A stretch of DNA of 64,000 nt, from contig NC_092673.1 of NCBI RefSeq assembly GCF_964355755.1, forward strand, positions 27,525,648 through 27,589,647. Reading direction: 5' to 3'. A program made the position numbers and the translations under genes. The notes under the pieces are model-generated. The model was not told the DNA's origin. It was given only the letters and a program-made list of their open reading frames with translations, and made no database searches. Positions 1 through 15,000 of this stretch are shown one piece after another. Within the stretch, counting starts at the first letter, position 1; each line of letters opens with the position of its first letter. The DNA is from Antedon mediterranea (Eukaryota > Animalia > Echinodermata).

Positions 1-48
1 AGTCAAATCATTAGGAGATTTTAAATATTAGATAATTTGTAATTTCAG

Positions 49-3000
49 CTTGTGAATGCGACCCTAATGGGTCGGTGCGTCTGGCTTGTAACTCTACTGG
101 AGGATGTGAATGCCATGTGGATGTCATTAATGAGAAGTGTGATTCCTGTCGGTCTGAATATTATGGTTTGTTCGACGGTAAGTTATGAAAGTTAAGAAAG
201 ACCAACCCATATCAACAAATAAAATGTAGAATTAAACGATATAAAAATAGCCCTTTGCCATACCTAATTAACCTGTTGAATAATAAAGAATAATTACATT
301 TAGCCAAAGTTGCCGTCATCAACCAATGTGAAATAATAAATAAACAATACAAGTTTTAATACAGATATTTTATTAGACCGTGATTCGTAACAATTTCTCA
401 TTTTCATATTATGTACTTTATCCAATTCCATTTTAATATAAGATGTTCTTTTTATGTGATAACTTTTTTATATGTGCAATATTTTGTAAAATTATACACA
501 ATTTAGCCTTTGGCTACAATGTAAATTTTCGTTTTATTGAATAAAACCTTGAATTGAAATATATACATTAACACAGTTAAATTTTCCCCAATTCAGAATT
601 AGACATGGCTTAAGATTAAAAAGACTTTAAAGACTGTGATATCTTTTTTAGGTGATGGTTGTGTACCCTGCACCTGTAACTTGAACTACGCTTTTGACAA
701 CAATTGCGCAGACAGTGGCCAGTGCGCATGTAAACCGGGTGTTGGGAATCGGGACTGTGTGGAGTGCTTGCCAGGGTAAGAACCGGGTGTTGGGAATCGG
801 GACTGTGTGGAGTGCTTGCCAGGGTAAGAACCGGGTGTTGGGAATCGGGACTGTGTGGAGTGCTTGCCAGGGTAAGAACCGGGTGTTGGGAATCGGGACT
901 GTGTGGAGTGCTTGCCAGGGTAAGAACCGGGTGTTGGGAATCGGGACTGTGTGGAGTGCTTGCCAGGGTAAGAACCGGGTGTTGGGAATCGGGACTGTGT
1001 GGAGTGCTTGCCAGGGTAAGAACCGGGTGTTGGGAATCGGGACTGTGTGGAGTGCTTGCCAGGGTAAGAACCGGGTGTTGGGAATCGGGACTGTGTGGAG
1101 TGCTTGCCAGGGTAAGAACCGGGTGTTGGGAATCGGGACTGTGTGGAGTGCTTGCCAGGGTAAGAACCGGGTGTTGGGAATCGGGACTGTGTGGAGTGCT
1201 TGCCAGGGTAAGAACCGGGTGTTGTGAATCGGGACTGTGTGGAGTGCTTGCCAGGGTAAGAACCGGGTGTTGGGAATCGGGACTGTGTGGAGTGCTTGCC
1301 AGGGTAAGAACCGGGTGTTGGGAATCGGGACTGTGTGGAGTGCTTGCCAGGGTAAGAACCGGGTGTTGGGAATCGGGACTGTGTGGAGTGCTTGCCAGGG
1401 TAAGAACCGGGTGTTGGGAATCGGGACTGTGTGGAGTGCTTGCCAGGGTAAGAACCGGGTGTTGGGAATCGGGACTGTGTGGAGTGCTTGCCAGGGAAGA
1501 ACCGGGTGTTGGGAATCGGGACTGTGTGGAGTGCTTGCCAGGGTAAGAACCGGAGCCAAAATTGAGCAAACAAGGGGCACAAAGTGTCCATATGATACTG
1601 AAAATGTGATATGCCCATAGATGGATATAATGATGTCATATGACTACCTTATTTGGAATATCACTACCATATTTGGGCACATCACTTTATTAGTTTTATA
1701 TATTTATGTAATATGCACCTATATTGTTATATTATTTTCTCCCAGTTTTTACAATCTAACAACTACTGGCTGTACGGCGTGTGAATGTGGAGTTGATGGC
1801 AGCCAGAATGAGACGTGCGATAATACAGGAAGCTGTTATTGCAAGGCTAATACCGTAAACGCAAAATGTGATACATGTAGGCCAAGTAAGTAAAAAGTTA
1901 TAAAGTTATATGAGTATTTTTTGAGTTTAGGGTCTTATATGTGACTAATGTGAATAATTTATTCTTCTCGTACAAATCCTTAATATGAATCTAGTTGCTT
2001 TATTGTCTATTATGTAAACTTTTTCTGTATTCATGTCATATTGAAATAAAAATATAACCGTTGACGGATATATTGAATTAAATATTTTAGGACTGTCAGC
2101 TTATCTGTTTTGAGGCGATCTAGCTCCTCCGACTTCTCGCTGTTTCTATACGAGCAGTGGAAGTAGATAGTTTGAGTAGATCGTATTAGTGACCAGTCAA
2201 ATACATCTTATGCTAGATATTTCAGAAGAAGTTATTAAATTATTTACCAATTATTTTATTTTAATAGCCACGTATGGATATGGTCCATGGAGTGAGACAG
2301 GTTGTATACAGTGTTTTTGTTCTGGTCGTACATTAGACTGTTCAACTACAGAGGGATGGGTCAAATATACCCAGTTAAGCTATTGGTCATTTTTAAACCA
2401 GGAAGCTGTTGAACCAAGGTGGACAGCGATAGATGGCGATAGTGTTGAGGTTCCAGTCGTTGACCTGCCGATTTTGGATGCGGTTGACCCCCGGTGATTA
2501 TATTTCATGAATTCATTTATTTTGTAATTTGTTTACTTACATATTTTTGACTTTTTATATTTAATTATATATGTAAACTGATGATAAGATACAGGTATGT
2601 GCATAATGTACGAAGACTTAGGTTGTTGTGAGCCTTATTTTTTTGGTTTGTTTGTTTTATGTTGTAGATTAGATTGAAAAAATATAAATAAAGTGTATTT
2701 ATAATCATAAATAAAACTTTCTTTTACAGATTTATTCTTGACCTGACAGACCCGACAAATCTGACAGAAACAGAACTGTTCTTCATTTCACCTGCAGAAT
2801 ACGAAGGTGACCGCCGCACTGCCTATGGTCAAATGCTGACCTTTAGACTCAGCCAATCCACCATTGCGAACCAGACGATGTCGTTGGACGGAGATGTCTT
2901 CATATATGGCAATTATGCAGATGAACCTCTTGTTAACTCACTTAATGTGACCCCAGGACTAGACAGCACTACTTATGAGGTACAGTTGATATTATATCTT

Positions 3001-6000
3001 GAATATTCTAAAGCACTGTCTACACTATCAAACTTTATGTGACAACAAATTTGATGATGATGATGTCAGACCACTACCATATTTTGGTATATCACTACCA
3101 TATTTGAGCACATTACACTTTTTTGGTAGGACATCTGTATATAAAACAGAAGAAATAGGTGACTTTTTTCCTCTCAGATGCTCTTATTCTTACCGTTTAC
3201 ACATTATTTTTTTAGTATAAGATACATGAGAACTATTGGTATATTGGATCTCCAATTGGGCCTCAAGCTGAATTCACTCAGCTCATGAGAGTGCTAGCAA
3301 GTATTAGCTATATCAAGATCAGAGGCAGATATACAGAGGTAAATTGAGTGATCAAAAAGACATTTTTATTTTATTTTAAAATCCTTCCTTTTGAAGGCTC
3401 TATAGTCATACAGATGTATGATTTTTAAAATGTTATTCTATTGTATATATGAATCATTTTTTATAAGTTTTAAATTTTCTGTACTTTCTATTTTGTTTTA
3501 AATTTAAAAACTGTCCATGTATTTTAAACTGCAGTGTAGTAACAAAGATTTTGTGATTTTTATATGAATTAGACCAATTAACGATGAATTGAATAAAAAT
3601 GACATTTGATAGATCCTTGATAGGCCAAAAGAGTTCATGATGGTACTAATGAACGTGCACCTTTGGTAAACAAATTGTCATGCAGGACTGTCCCAAGAAA
3701 CGCTATTGTCTATATTTGCAATTTTCCATGGCCAAAATCCCCATAAAACATTCTCCGAATTCAATTCATGAACATTCATTATTTGCATAACAATGTTTTA
3801 TTTATATTTTAAAATTTTCAGTTACCTAGGGAGTCAGTTTACCTTCATGACGTGGCGCTAAGTTACGCAGTGAATGAAACTGAATTGGATGAACCAATAG
3901 AGGGTGAACGTGAACTACTTGGCAACGTTGAAAACTGCCAATGTCCTGTTGGGTATGCTGTGAGTATTAGTCTAACCACAAATTTGTCAAACGTTTCGGT
4001 GATCATAACATTAAAGTTTTAATTTGTGAATTGGTTTGTGAATACTTTTCCAGTGGCCAATTAGCGAGACATTAAATTAAAATTGTATATAGCGCCATCT
4101 ATGTTATAACCCAAAATATTCGTGAAATACGCCCTCTATTTTTCGATGAATTGAGTTGGCTTTCCTGTATTACATTAATCAAAAAATACAAATAAACATA
4201 GGCGTAGGTTAATTATTTTCAAAGCAGTTCTAGGCTATTTTTTAAGTTAATTTCAAAATAATGTTTTTTCTGAATATGTATATGGATGTGTGAGAAATAA
4301 TCATGTACGCGCAGCATAAGGCATAACAAATCGGTCCTCATGCGTAAGAGTTGGCAGGTATAATAATAATATTACCATTATCATATTTTTAGGGATTATT
4401 CTGTGAGGTATGCGCTCCTGGATATACCAGGGAAATACCTGGCAGTGGAACATTTGGTTTATGTATTCCGTGTTCCTGCAACGGGCACACCGAGGCACCA
4501 TGCGATCCTGATACTGGAATTTGTAACATGTGTGGTGATAACACTGCTGGCGAATACTGTGGCCTTTGTGCTGATGGTTACTATGGTAATGCTGAACAAG
4601 GAACCGAAGGTATTAAGATTGTTTCAATTTTCTATGTTGTGTTCTATGTTTGTTTGATTCAATTCAATTTATTTTGGATTTTACAAAACAAACAATAACA
4701 CATTCATCACATATGCTAGACCCGAAGAACAGCAAACTCACTCACTTCTGATGGGACGATATATTTAAATTAAAAAATTTACCTAGCTAATGTTACCAAA
4801 GTAAACAAATTCTAAGACCTAACACCGTGACCAATTATTAATGTTTTTCTCACAAATTATATTTAGTACTTTAACAATCAATAAGTCACTTAAACTTATA
4901 TTAACAGTGTTATTATTTATTAGTTTAAAATTATATTTGGAAATTTAAATATTTATATATTTAGGCAAATTGCCAAGGATAACCATAGGCGAATTCATTC
5001 ACTATCCTTCTTAAAGTTGGCAATCCTGTTCACAAGACAAACATATACACAAGATGCTCTACATAAACAAAGTCTTATTACAAGTCTTTGGGAGTGGAGT
5101 TGTAAATTTTCATTAGAATAAATCCTGAAATGACAGGACTTGAACCCAAGATTTGGTAGCAGAGCATCAACCATCAAGTCACAACTCCACTAATATTTCG
5201 ACATAAATTATCTTTTTAGATGATTGCCAACCTTGTATGTGTCCTGGTCCCGCTGGTCAGAATTCATTTGCGGCTACTTGTGACGATAATGGTGTCTGCG
5301 AAGGGTGTGCCACAGGTCACGCAGGTCAACAATGTGAATACTGCCTTGAAGGCTACTACGGAACACCGGAGGATTTCTTGGTAAGTATTGCAAAAATAAT
5401 GGACCCGAGACCAGTTAAAAATAAATTTTTCATTGAAGGTATTCTCACTTTCAGTAAGCCTATTGGTTTATGGTTTACCGTGTCACACATAAAGAAATTT
5501 GGTAAACAGTGGGGTTGGATTATATACTCAGATTGCATTAATGATGGCTTCATTGGTGTCTGAATTTAGCTTGGATTAGTGGGTGGGATTATACTCATGT
5601 GTGGGATTCTAGTTAAGTGATATAAAGGGGATTAAGATGATAGTAATTACAGTGTAAGTGGGATTAGACCTCATTATAAAAAGAAACAATTACTAATATA
5701 AATGTTTGTTTATATTTGTAGAACCGAGGTGGGCAGTGTGTGGCTTGCTTCTGTAGCCTTAGTCCTCATCTTTGTAACAGTATTACAGGAGACTGCCGCA
5801 ATTGTACTGGCAACACGGACGGGATGGAGTGTGATGTGTGCAAGTTTGGTTACTGGGGAAACATAGAAAATTGCCAAGGTAACTGCTATTGCAACCATAG
5901 AGATATTCTATAATATCTCTATGTTGCAACCAATAGAAATAATTTGTTGTCTCTGAAATAGATCGCTCTCCTATTCACACTATTATCACAAGCGTTAATT

Positions 6001-9000
6001 AAATTTATTTTATTATTTCTTCAGTTTGTGATTGTAACTCGATTGGAAGCATCGGCAATTGCACGCAAGATAGAGGGCAGTGCTACTGTTATCCAAATGT
6101 TGTCGGTGATCAGTGTACAGAATGCGCCCCTTTAGCATTCGGTTACAATGACACTGAGGTTGGTTGCACAGAATGTAACTGTCATCCAGCGGGAACAACA
6201 ACTGGAGCATTAACACAATGTGATTTGGTGAGTCATTCACCTTTGACCTTTTCATTAATATACTGACGAGCTGAAATAATTTTGATGCATAATAGAATTC
6301 CTGCATCCACTTTTATTTTCCCATGTCTTATTTGTTCATTCATTCATTTTGTCTTTTCCAAATTTCATTTGTGTTTTCTAGATCACTGGTGAATGTCCGT
6401 GTAGAAACCGTGTTATCGACAGACAATGTGATAACTGTATTGATGGATACTATAACGTGGATCAAGGATGCATTTGTAAATATTTTATCAGTACATTTTA
6501 AAAATTAACTTACTGTTCGCTAACAGAAATCTTAGAATATATTTGGTAGAGAGTATTTTACTTCTTGGAATATCCATTTTTTTCGTCTTGTGTGGGGGTC
6601 GTCCCACTTTTATTATGATACTCTGTTATAAATATAATGATAAATATATTTAATGTGTACATTTATATATTAAAAAAAATATGTATTTCTTTTTCTCTCA
6701 TTTATTAGATACAGTGTTAAAAGTAGGTCCCAAGTATATAGATATCCATTTAACTTGAGTTTTTTTGTTAAATGTTTATATTGTGTGACTATGGTTAATA
6801 AATGAAAACAGTGCTTACCCACCTCTGCTACAATAACGTGATTCAGCAAATCATTGAGTCCCTGTTGTTGTAGACAGAAGAAGAACAGGCACCGTTTGGT
6901 GGCAGCACTCAACACAAAAGAGACCCTTAGGGAAGAAGAAACTTGTGGTATGTGTCGTCCATGGCTGTGCGCAATTCAGCCCAGTAGGCCGCTAGTCGCA
7001 GATTATTCACCTTTCACATTTACATAAACAAGAAAAAATTAGAAAACTTGTTAAATACCACAAATAATTGTCTCTTTCTTTTTGATTTGATGATTATTTT
7101 ATTTCCAAAACATCATCTCTTGTTTAGTGTGCAATTGCAACGCAACTGGTACCGAGCCCTTATCATGTGACTCAGAAACCGGACTCTGCACTTGTGACGT
7201 CATCACTGGTCAGTGCAGCTGTAAAATACCAACTATCGCAGGTCGAGCATGCGATCGATGTGGGCGTGTGGACAGCGTTGATGATATTGTAGAAGAGGTA
7301 TTTGTCGGGAGCTATCCTATGTGTGACCCTTGCCCTGAGTGCTTCCAGGATTGGCGAGAGTACATTGAAGAGCTTGGCGGTGTTTTGACTCTACAATATA
7401 GGACTCTTCTAGGTGAGATATTTTTATGAGGGGTTATTGTGTACCATAGCAAAGCATTGTTTATTTATTCTTTCATTGCCAATAAAATATACATACATTA
7501 CATGAAACAAAAACTAAGACTGAGATGATAGGCAGAGACCTAAAAGTGAACCGATTCACTGTAATAGTATGTGACATTTATCATCTTTTTAAATACTAAA
7601 TAAATATATATATATATAAATACTATACGCAAAATAAAACTTTTTTGTTCAAGATTATTACTTTATAATAATAATAATATTTATTCGGCAAAAGTTCATA
7701 AAGTACATTTTACAATTCATCTTGCCAGGAGCAAGTAATAGGCATGAGCCCAAACAGAAAACTGCTCTTACTCCATCATTACTTATAAAATACAAAAATA
7801 ACAAAACTAAGTAGCACAAATTAAGTCAAAATAAAACAAAACAAAGTTTTCTTACACAATTGTCTCTTTTCTCTATGCAACTTTTTGTTAGAATTAGATT
7901 ACAAAATAAATGTATCCATTTTTTTAAACAGTAGTTTTCCGAAATATAATTTAATTTTTTGATAAATAATTAACTAAAAAATAATAAATTTAACTTGCAG
8001 AGCTTCTGTACCATTATGATAATTTAACGGTAGCAGAAATCAATGATACGTTGACCTACATTAGTGGAAACTTGACCTACGCAGATCAAGCAATCATGGA
8101 GGAAACTGAGGTCGCTACAGAGCTCTTAGTAATCCAGGAAGGCTACATGAATGTAAGTTGATCACAAAATCAAAACTACGATTCACCAAGACCATCATTT
8201 TTCATTATGATATGTAATAGTATCTATTGTGTATAAAGGATTGTGTAAAAATAAGTGGATTTAGTAATTTTTATTTTATGTTGTAGGTATCAGAAAAACT
8301 TGTTGAGGTGACTGTGTCCTTAGACTACATGGTTGAGTTCATTACCAACATTACTATATTTTCTGAGCCGGTGAGGAATTTTGATGGCAACATAGAAGTT
8401 GCTCCTGGAGAAATACGCAACACAATGCAGTTGGTAGCTGAGCAGGAACAGCTACAATATACACAAGATTCTTTGTTTAACTCTGGCGCAACTTCATGGG
8501 GTACAATCGAAACCTTATACCAAAATATATCAATGTCGCTCAATCAGATCCGTGTACTTCGATCCGAGGTCTCGTCTCTTCTAGCTCTAACTAATGTCGC
8601 TGCCGAAGAGCGACAAATCACGTTGGATATCATTAACAGCCCAGTGATAGAAGCCGAATACGAACACAACGAAGAACAGTTAGCTGCTATAGAGGTCATA
8701 CAACAAACATATGAGACAGGGCCAATTGTCTTTGATTCGACAGCTGCAAACATATTGGCGTTAAGTACGAATGAAACGGCAAACACTGCATTGGAAGAAT
8801 CTCAACAGCGTTACCAAGAAGCTTCAGCTAAAGTGTATGAAAGTGAAATAGCACAATTTAATGCATCCAGCGCTGAACAGAAGGCTGCTATTTCTGCAGC
8901 AACTGCAATGTCTTATGAGGTTTGTTTTGTCTGTATTATGTAAAACATCTGGCATATCTTTTTTTATTTTGGTCAACGTTTGCCGAGAATGAAAATGTCA

Positions 9001-12000
9001 ATTAGTCTTAATATCTGAATGATGGATGAAACGTAAGCCAGCACCCTGATTGTTCCTATCATCGATTAAGGGCTTCTCTCGATCAAGGAATTCTTTCGTT
9101 CAGTGCCCACCTTAGCCAGAGGAAAGGCGCAGATTCCTCTAAGATTTTTTTTTAGCACTCTATAATTTGATAGTAGTTTTTTTAAAACAATTTATAGACC
9201 CCTTTCTTGTTTGGCTATGTTTCCAATATTTAAATTTTCCAATTTGGAACCTCTGATTGAAACAGTTTAAAAATTAACAGCAAAATAAAACAACAAATTT
9301 ATACACCATGGAATTAATAATGCACTTATATATTTACTGTATGTTTTAGGACGCTGCTGCCTTGGCAAGAAGCGACATGACGAACTATTACATACAAACC
9401 TTGGATGCGTATGGTAGAGTGAATGACGCCCAAGTTACCAATACCGAAATTGCTGTCATCTCATCTGAGGTCCAGTCGCAGTCGTTGAGGCCAGTTGTCG
9501 AAATGCAGCAATTGTCCGTACAGATCCAGGGAACATCGCTCCAAGATGATCTGGTACAGACTCTGTACAATGACGCTAGGACAAAAGAAGGAGAGGCAGA
9601 AATCACATTAAATATGACGATAGATGCTCAGTAAGTGGATACCTTTTAATGTCAAGCTTTTATTCACTTGATCAAATCACACTTGACCAGTGGTGTAACA
9701 GCGCTTACTGGCTAAACCCAAGGTCCTCAGAGCTTATGAAGACCCCTGACCAGTGCCCAGAGGGAAAAAAACTAAAAACACCCGAGGCCTCCAGTGTTGG
9801 AGGACCACTTAGGATTACCAAACCAGGAGCTCACGCCTCTGCGTACACCACTGACTTTGACCAGTCAAATGAATGAATCCTGTAAACATTAACAAGCCGA
9901 CCTCTCAATTTCAATATTTGCTGGTTGACCTGATAAGTTTTGGTACAAAGTTCTCAGTTGCATTATATTGTCCTTGTTGTCTACTACAGTAGAACTCCTG
10001 TTAAAGTGTCCCTTAATAGGGATGTCCCCCGAATGATTCAAACACATAATCAAGTGGGGTCTTCATTCGTTTCAGAAAGTATCACCTCAATAGGATGTCT
10101 CCTGAATAGAAGTGCTTCCTAGGGTTGACCTTTAAAACACACAATCAATTGTGTCTCATTCGTTTCACAGAAAAGTGTCCCCTTACAAGGGTTGTCCTAA
10201 AAGTTCTACTGTATTATTTTTCTATAGACATTTTCTATTTGGTATTAATTTGTCCTTGCAGAGCGGCCACACAAATGGTATTTGATGAAGTTCAAACTAT
10301 TGAACTTAATATAAACGAGGCAGAGATCACAAGAGGTCAAGTTGCACAGAGTCTATCAAATTCAGATACAGCTATTGATAATATCAATTCTGTTGTAGAA
10401 GCAGTAAGTTTAGTAATTTCTATTTTGTTGTCTTAGACCTACTAAACACCACCATGTTAAAAAACTTGGTACTCTATTAAGAAAGATAAAGAGATCATCT
10501 CCAGTGTGGTGATCTTGGTAGACGTTGCACTGCCAGTGGTGTAACGGCTATGAGCACTCACTGGCTAAACCCGGAGGCCCTGGAGCTTATGACGGCCTCT
10601 GAGCAGTGCCCATAGGAAAAAACAGGCATTAAAATATGCCGAAAAATGCTAAAAATGCCCGACGCCTCCAGTGTTGGAGTGTCACTTTGGGTTACCAAAC
10701 TAGGAGCCCAGGCCTCTGCGTTAGGCTACTGTGCACTGCTGGCTGCAGTTGTAGGACGATAATAAATACCTTTCACACATCTCACAACACATAATGCTAT
10801 ACATAATAGTACTACACGCACACGCCTAAAAATAGAGGCTATGTCATGTAAAAACAAAATCAAATATATATATATAGTACTGTAATAGAAAATAAAAACA
10901 AAGTTGTTAATTTATTCAGTAGAATAAAAATATACAATTTTATTTAGGTTCAATTAAAAGGCGATGACTCTGCTGCAAAAGGCTTGTCAACTGCAGAACT
11001 TATTGATATTGTAAATGAAGATATAACTGATAACGAAGATTGCTTCCGGTTAAAGCGAGCTCAGGCGGAAAACGCAGCAGAGAGGGCGGTTGTTGCAAAT
11101 TCACAGGCAGATACTGCAAACACAGTAAGTAAATAATCATTTATTCTACAAAATGTTAAGAATCATTACTCAATGTTTAATTTATGATAAAGGTTAGCTT
11201 ATGTCTAAGGATACATGCATCACTGTATCAAAGAATTGTCCTAAGATACAGGCTTCACATGTAAGATAAGATAAGATAAGATAACTTTTATTGATCCTCA
11301 ACAAGGAAATTCATTGCTCGTCATAATAACAAAGAAAACACAATAAAAACAAATATAGCATAAAACCATTCATATAAAAACATCTAAAAAATTACAAGAT
11401 AAAATTATCTTCTTGACTTCCTGTTGTACTGGATGATACCGGAGGGAATAAAGGATTTAGCAAATCGATTTGTTTTCACACTGAGGAGCCTCAATCTACC
11501 ACTTGGATTAAGTTGGTCTATGATCACTTTGTGGAGAGGATGAGAGGCATCCGACTCAATGCGTTCGAAATCTTTCTGGAGGTGTTCTAGGTGCACATCG
11601 GTAAAGGAAGGCAGTTCCAGACCAATCATTTTACCAGCCCGACGGATGAAAGTTTCAAGGCGTCCTTTATTCCCTCCGGTAACATTACCAGCCCAACAGG
11701 AGAGGCAATACGTCCAAACACTACATATAACGGATCTATAAAACGAAAGTAACATCAAATCACAGGAGTTAAATTTATATAAAGTTCTCATACAATACAT
11801 TCTGGGATTTAATTTTTTGCTGATGTAGTCTATATGGTCTCCCCAATTCAGTTTATCATTGAAAACAATTCCTAGATACTTGTACTGGTCAACAATTTCA
11901 ATTTCTTTACCTTTGATAGTGATTGGTTGAAAATTAAATTTATGTTTAGTCCTAAAATCAATGATCATCTCCTTTGTTTTTGATGCATTTATTTGGAGAT

Positions 12001-15000
12001 AATTATCGTCACAAAATTTTACAAATCTTTGTATTTCGCTACGATAATTTTCATCATTGTTTGAAACTATGAGACCAATAGTACTAGTGTCATCAGCGAA
12101 TTTAACAACGGGGCAAAGCTCATCATTTAAAGATCTGTAATCGGCCGTATACAAGGAATATAATTTAGGTGCGTTGACAGTACCCTGAGGAACACCGGTG
12201 TCAGAGGTTACGATTTCTGACTTAACACCATTAATATTAACAAATTGTTTTCTATCACAAATGAAATTTAAAACTAAACGAACAATCGGACGGGGAAACT
12301 CCATATTCAACATTTTGTCTGTTAAGATATGGGGTTGTATGGTATTAAACGCAGACTGAAAATCAAAATACATAATACGTGCCGAGTGGCCTTTCTTTAC
12401 ATTATCTAGATGTGAATACAATTTATGTAATTTAAAATAAATCGCATCACTGGTACTACGGAGTGATCGGTAAGCAAATTGCAACGGGTCTAACACTTTT
12501 TCAGCATAAGGTTGCATAATTTTTAAAATAATACGTTCCAATATTTTCATCGCGACAGACGTGAGTGCAACGGGTCTCAAATCATTCATGCTGTTAATCT
12601 TAGGTTTCTTAGGTACCGGTATTATGCATGAAAGTTTCCAAATATCCGGGAACGCATGATAAGAAAGACACATATTGAAAATAAATGTAAATATACCATC
12701 AAGGTGAGGAGAGCAGACCTTAAGTACTCGTGGTGGGATTCTATCCGGCCCAGCAGCCTTCGATGAATTGAGTTTCATGAATTCGTTATGTACATCAGAA
12801 ATGCTTATACTAAATTTGGGATCATCTTCAGTCACCCGACACAAGCTAAATAGGGCCTCTCTTTCTTTTTTAAAATCATGAACATTAAAACGGTTATAAA
12901 ATTCATTTAACTCATTAACATATTGCACAGTAACATTCGGAATCGAGGTGGGTGTATTACCACCGTTTGTGTAACCACTCATAAGTTTAATACCCTGCCA
13001 AACTTGTTTCATATTATTAGACCTGAAGTTATGTTCAACTTTTTTCCTATAAATGTTCTTCTGTTTCCTTATTTCAGATTTAATCTCTCTAGTCAATATT
13101 TTCATACGATTAGAGTCGCCCATCTTAAAGGCTTTACGTTTCTCACACAACAGTAATTTAACGCCTTTCGTGATCCATGGCTTGTTATTAGGGTAGATTT
13201 TCACTTTTTTAACTGGAACGCATTTATCAATACAAAAGTTTATGTACGAGCTCACTGCATAAGTAATACTATTCAAATCTTCATCCTCCGTAAAAATATC
13301 CCAATCGGTAGATTCAAATTCTGCTATCAGGGCTTCCTCGGCTTCAGGAGACCATTTACGTACATTAATAATTTTTGGTTGGCATGTCTTATTTAACGGG
13401 CGATATTTAGGACTGAGTAAAATCAAATTATGATCAGATTTGCCCAAGTTCGGTAGTGGGGTCGAAATATAGGCATCCTTCACACTAGAGTAGCATAAAT
13501 CAAGAATCGCGTTGTCCCTCGTTTTACATGTAACATGCTGATAATATGTGGCAGTTGTTTTCTTGAGCTTGCATCTGTTGAAATCGCCATTGATAATTAC
13601 AAGCGCCTCAGGGTGACTACACTCAATACCTTCGATAATTTCTGCGATCTCATTTATAGCAGGCTTTTCAAGCTTTTTGTTAGGTATGTATACCATAACA
13701 TTGATAACATGCGAGAACTCTCTCGGAAGATAGTAGGGGCGAATACCAACAACCAGCACTTCCGAGTGTGGCGAACATTTATGAAGCTTAAGCGTAGAGT
13801 TATTTGGATGACAGTATTTCTCATTAATGTAGAGGCAAAGACCACCACCGCCATCTTTGTTTGCTTCGGCTGTACGATCCCCACGAACAGTTTTAAAGCC
13901 AACTACTTGAATATGTTGATCGCTGTGCTTATCGCTCAGGTGGGTTTCCGTGAATGCAAGTAAGCTGGCATTCCTAAAATCGCTGAAGTGTTCGACGTTT
14001 GCTCTGAGTAAATCGACTTTGTTATTCAAAGATCTAACATTTCCAAATATTAAAGATGGTATAAAAGGCTTACATTTCCTTCGTTGTAGTCGTTTTCTGA
14101 CCCCACCAGCCTTGCCCCTTTTCCGAGGCCTGCGACGTTGTATCTCAGATGGTAATTCAACGTGTGCCGGTAGCGGTGAGGTTGACCTCTCGCCCATGGA
14201 ATGCAAATCAGATGACGTGTACGCAATTCCACCGCCCGGCTTACTCAATCCACACAGTAAGAACATCCAAAATATCAGCAAAAAATACAGAAATTTCAAA
14301 ACTTTCACATACAACATAATGTATAAATCAAATGACTTCTTCCACAATACAATACAGTCCAAATATACGAAAATAACGTCAAAAAATGAGTAACAATAGT
14401 GAGACAATGAGACGAGCTGTGTCGCCGTGTTGCACAGCGCCACTTAAGTGACACTGTATCAAAGAATTGTCCTATATTACAGGTATCACATATGATACAT
14501 ATGTGACACTGTATCAAAGAATTGTCCTATGATATATATAGTACCGAGAATAGGATAATTATATGATCTATTTTACTTGATTACAAAAGCATAAGCTATA
14601 CGCCTATCAATGTCTTAGGTCAGGTCAGATTTAAGAAAAATAATATTAAAAATGTTGTTAATATCACAGATATACGAGGAGAACGTAGTACTACAGACTA
14701 CACTGGACACCCAAGTTGAAGCTCATCTATCGACTGCAACTACTAACGCCAATCGAGTTGAAAACGTGTATAATGACGCAATTAGCCTCCGTGAAGATGT
14801 TACTAATACCCAGAATATGGAGGATCTGTCTGGTGAGTATTCTTTGATACAGTATCACATATGTATCATGCAATACCTGTATCATAGGACAATTCTTTGA
14901 TACAGATTCACATGTGCATCATATGTGATGGGTGTATCATAGGACAACATAACATAGAAGCATATTTATTATTTGTTATCCTCACTTGGCATTTTTTCTG

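Noticed and set aside
616-1639. Six overlapping repetitive ORFs (up to 317 aa) and a CRISPR-like appearance
   Set aside because: They arise from a 48-bp (multiple of 3) tandem repeat. There are no unique spacers and no cas genes, and the only biologically supported frame is the laminin exon ending at 775.
12923-14393. Short ORFs overlapping the LINE
   Set aside because: Antisense or alternative-frame shadows of the RT ORF.
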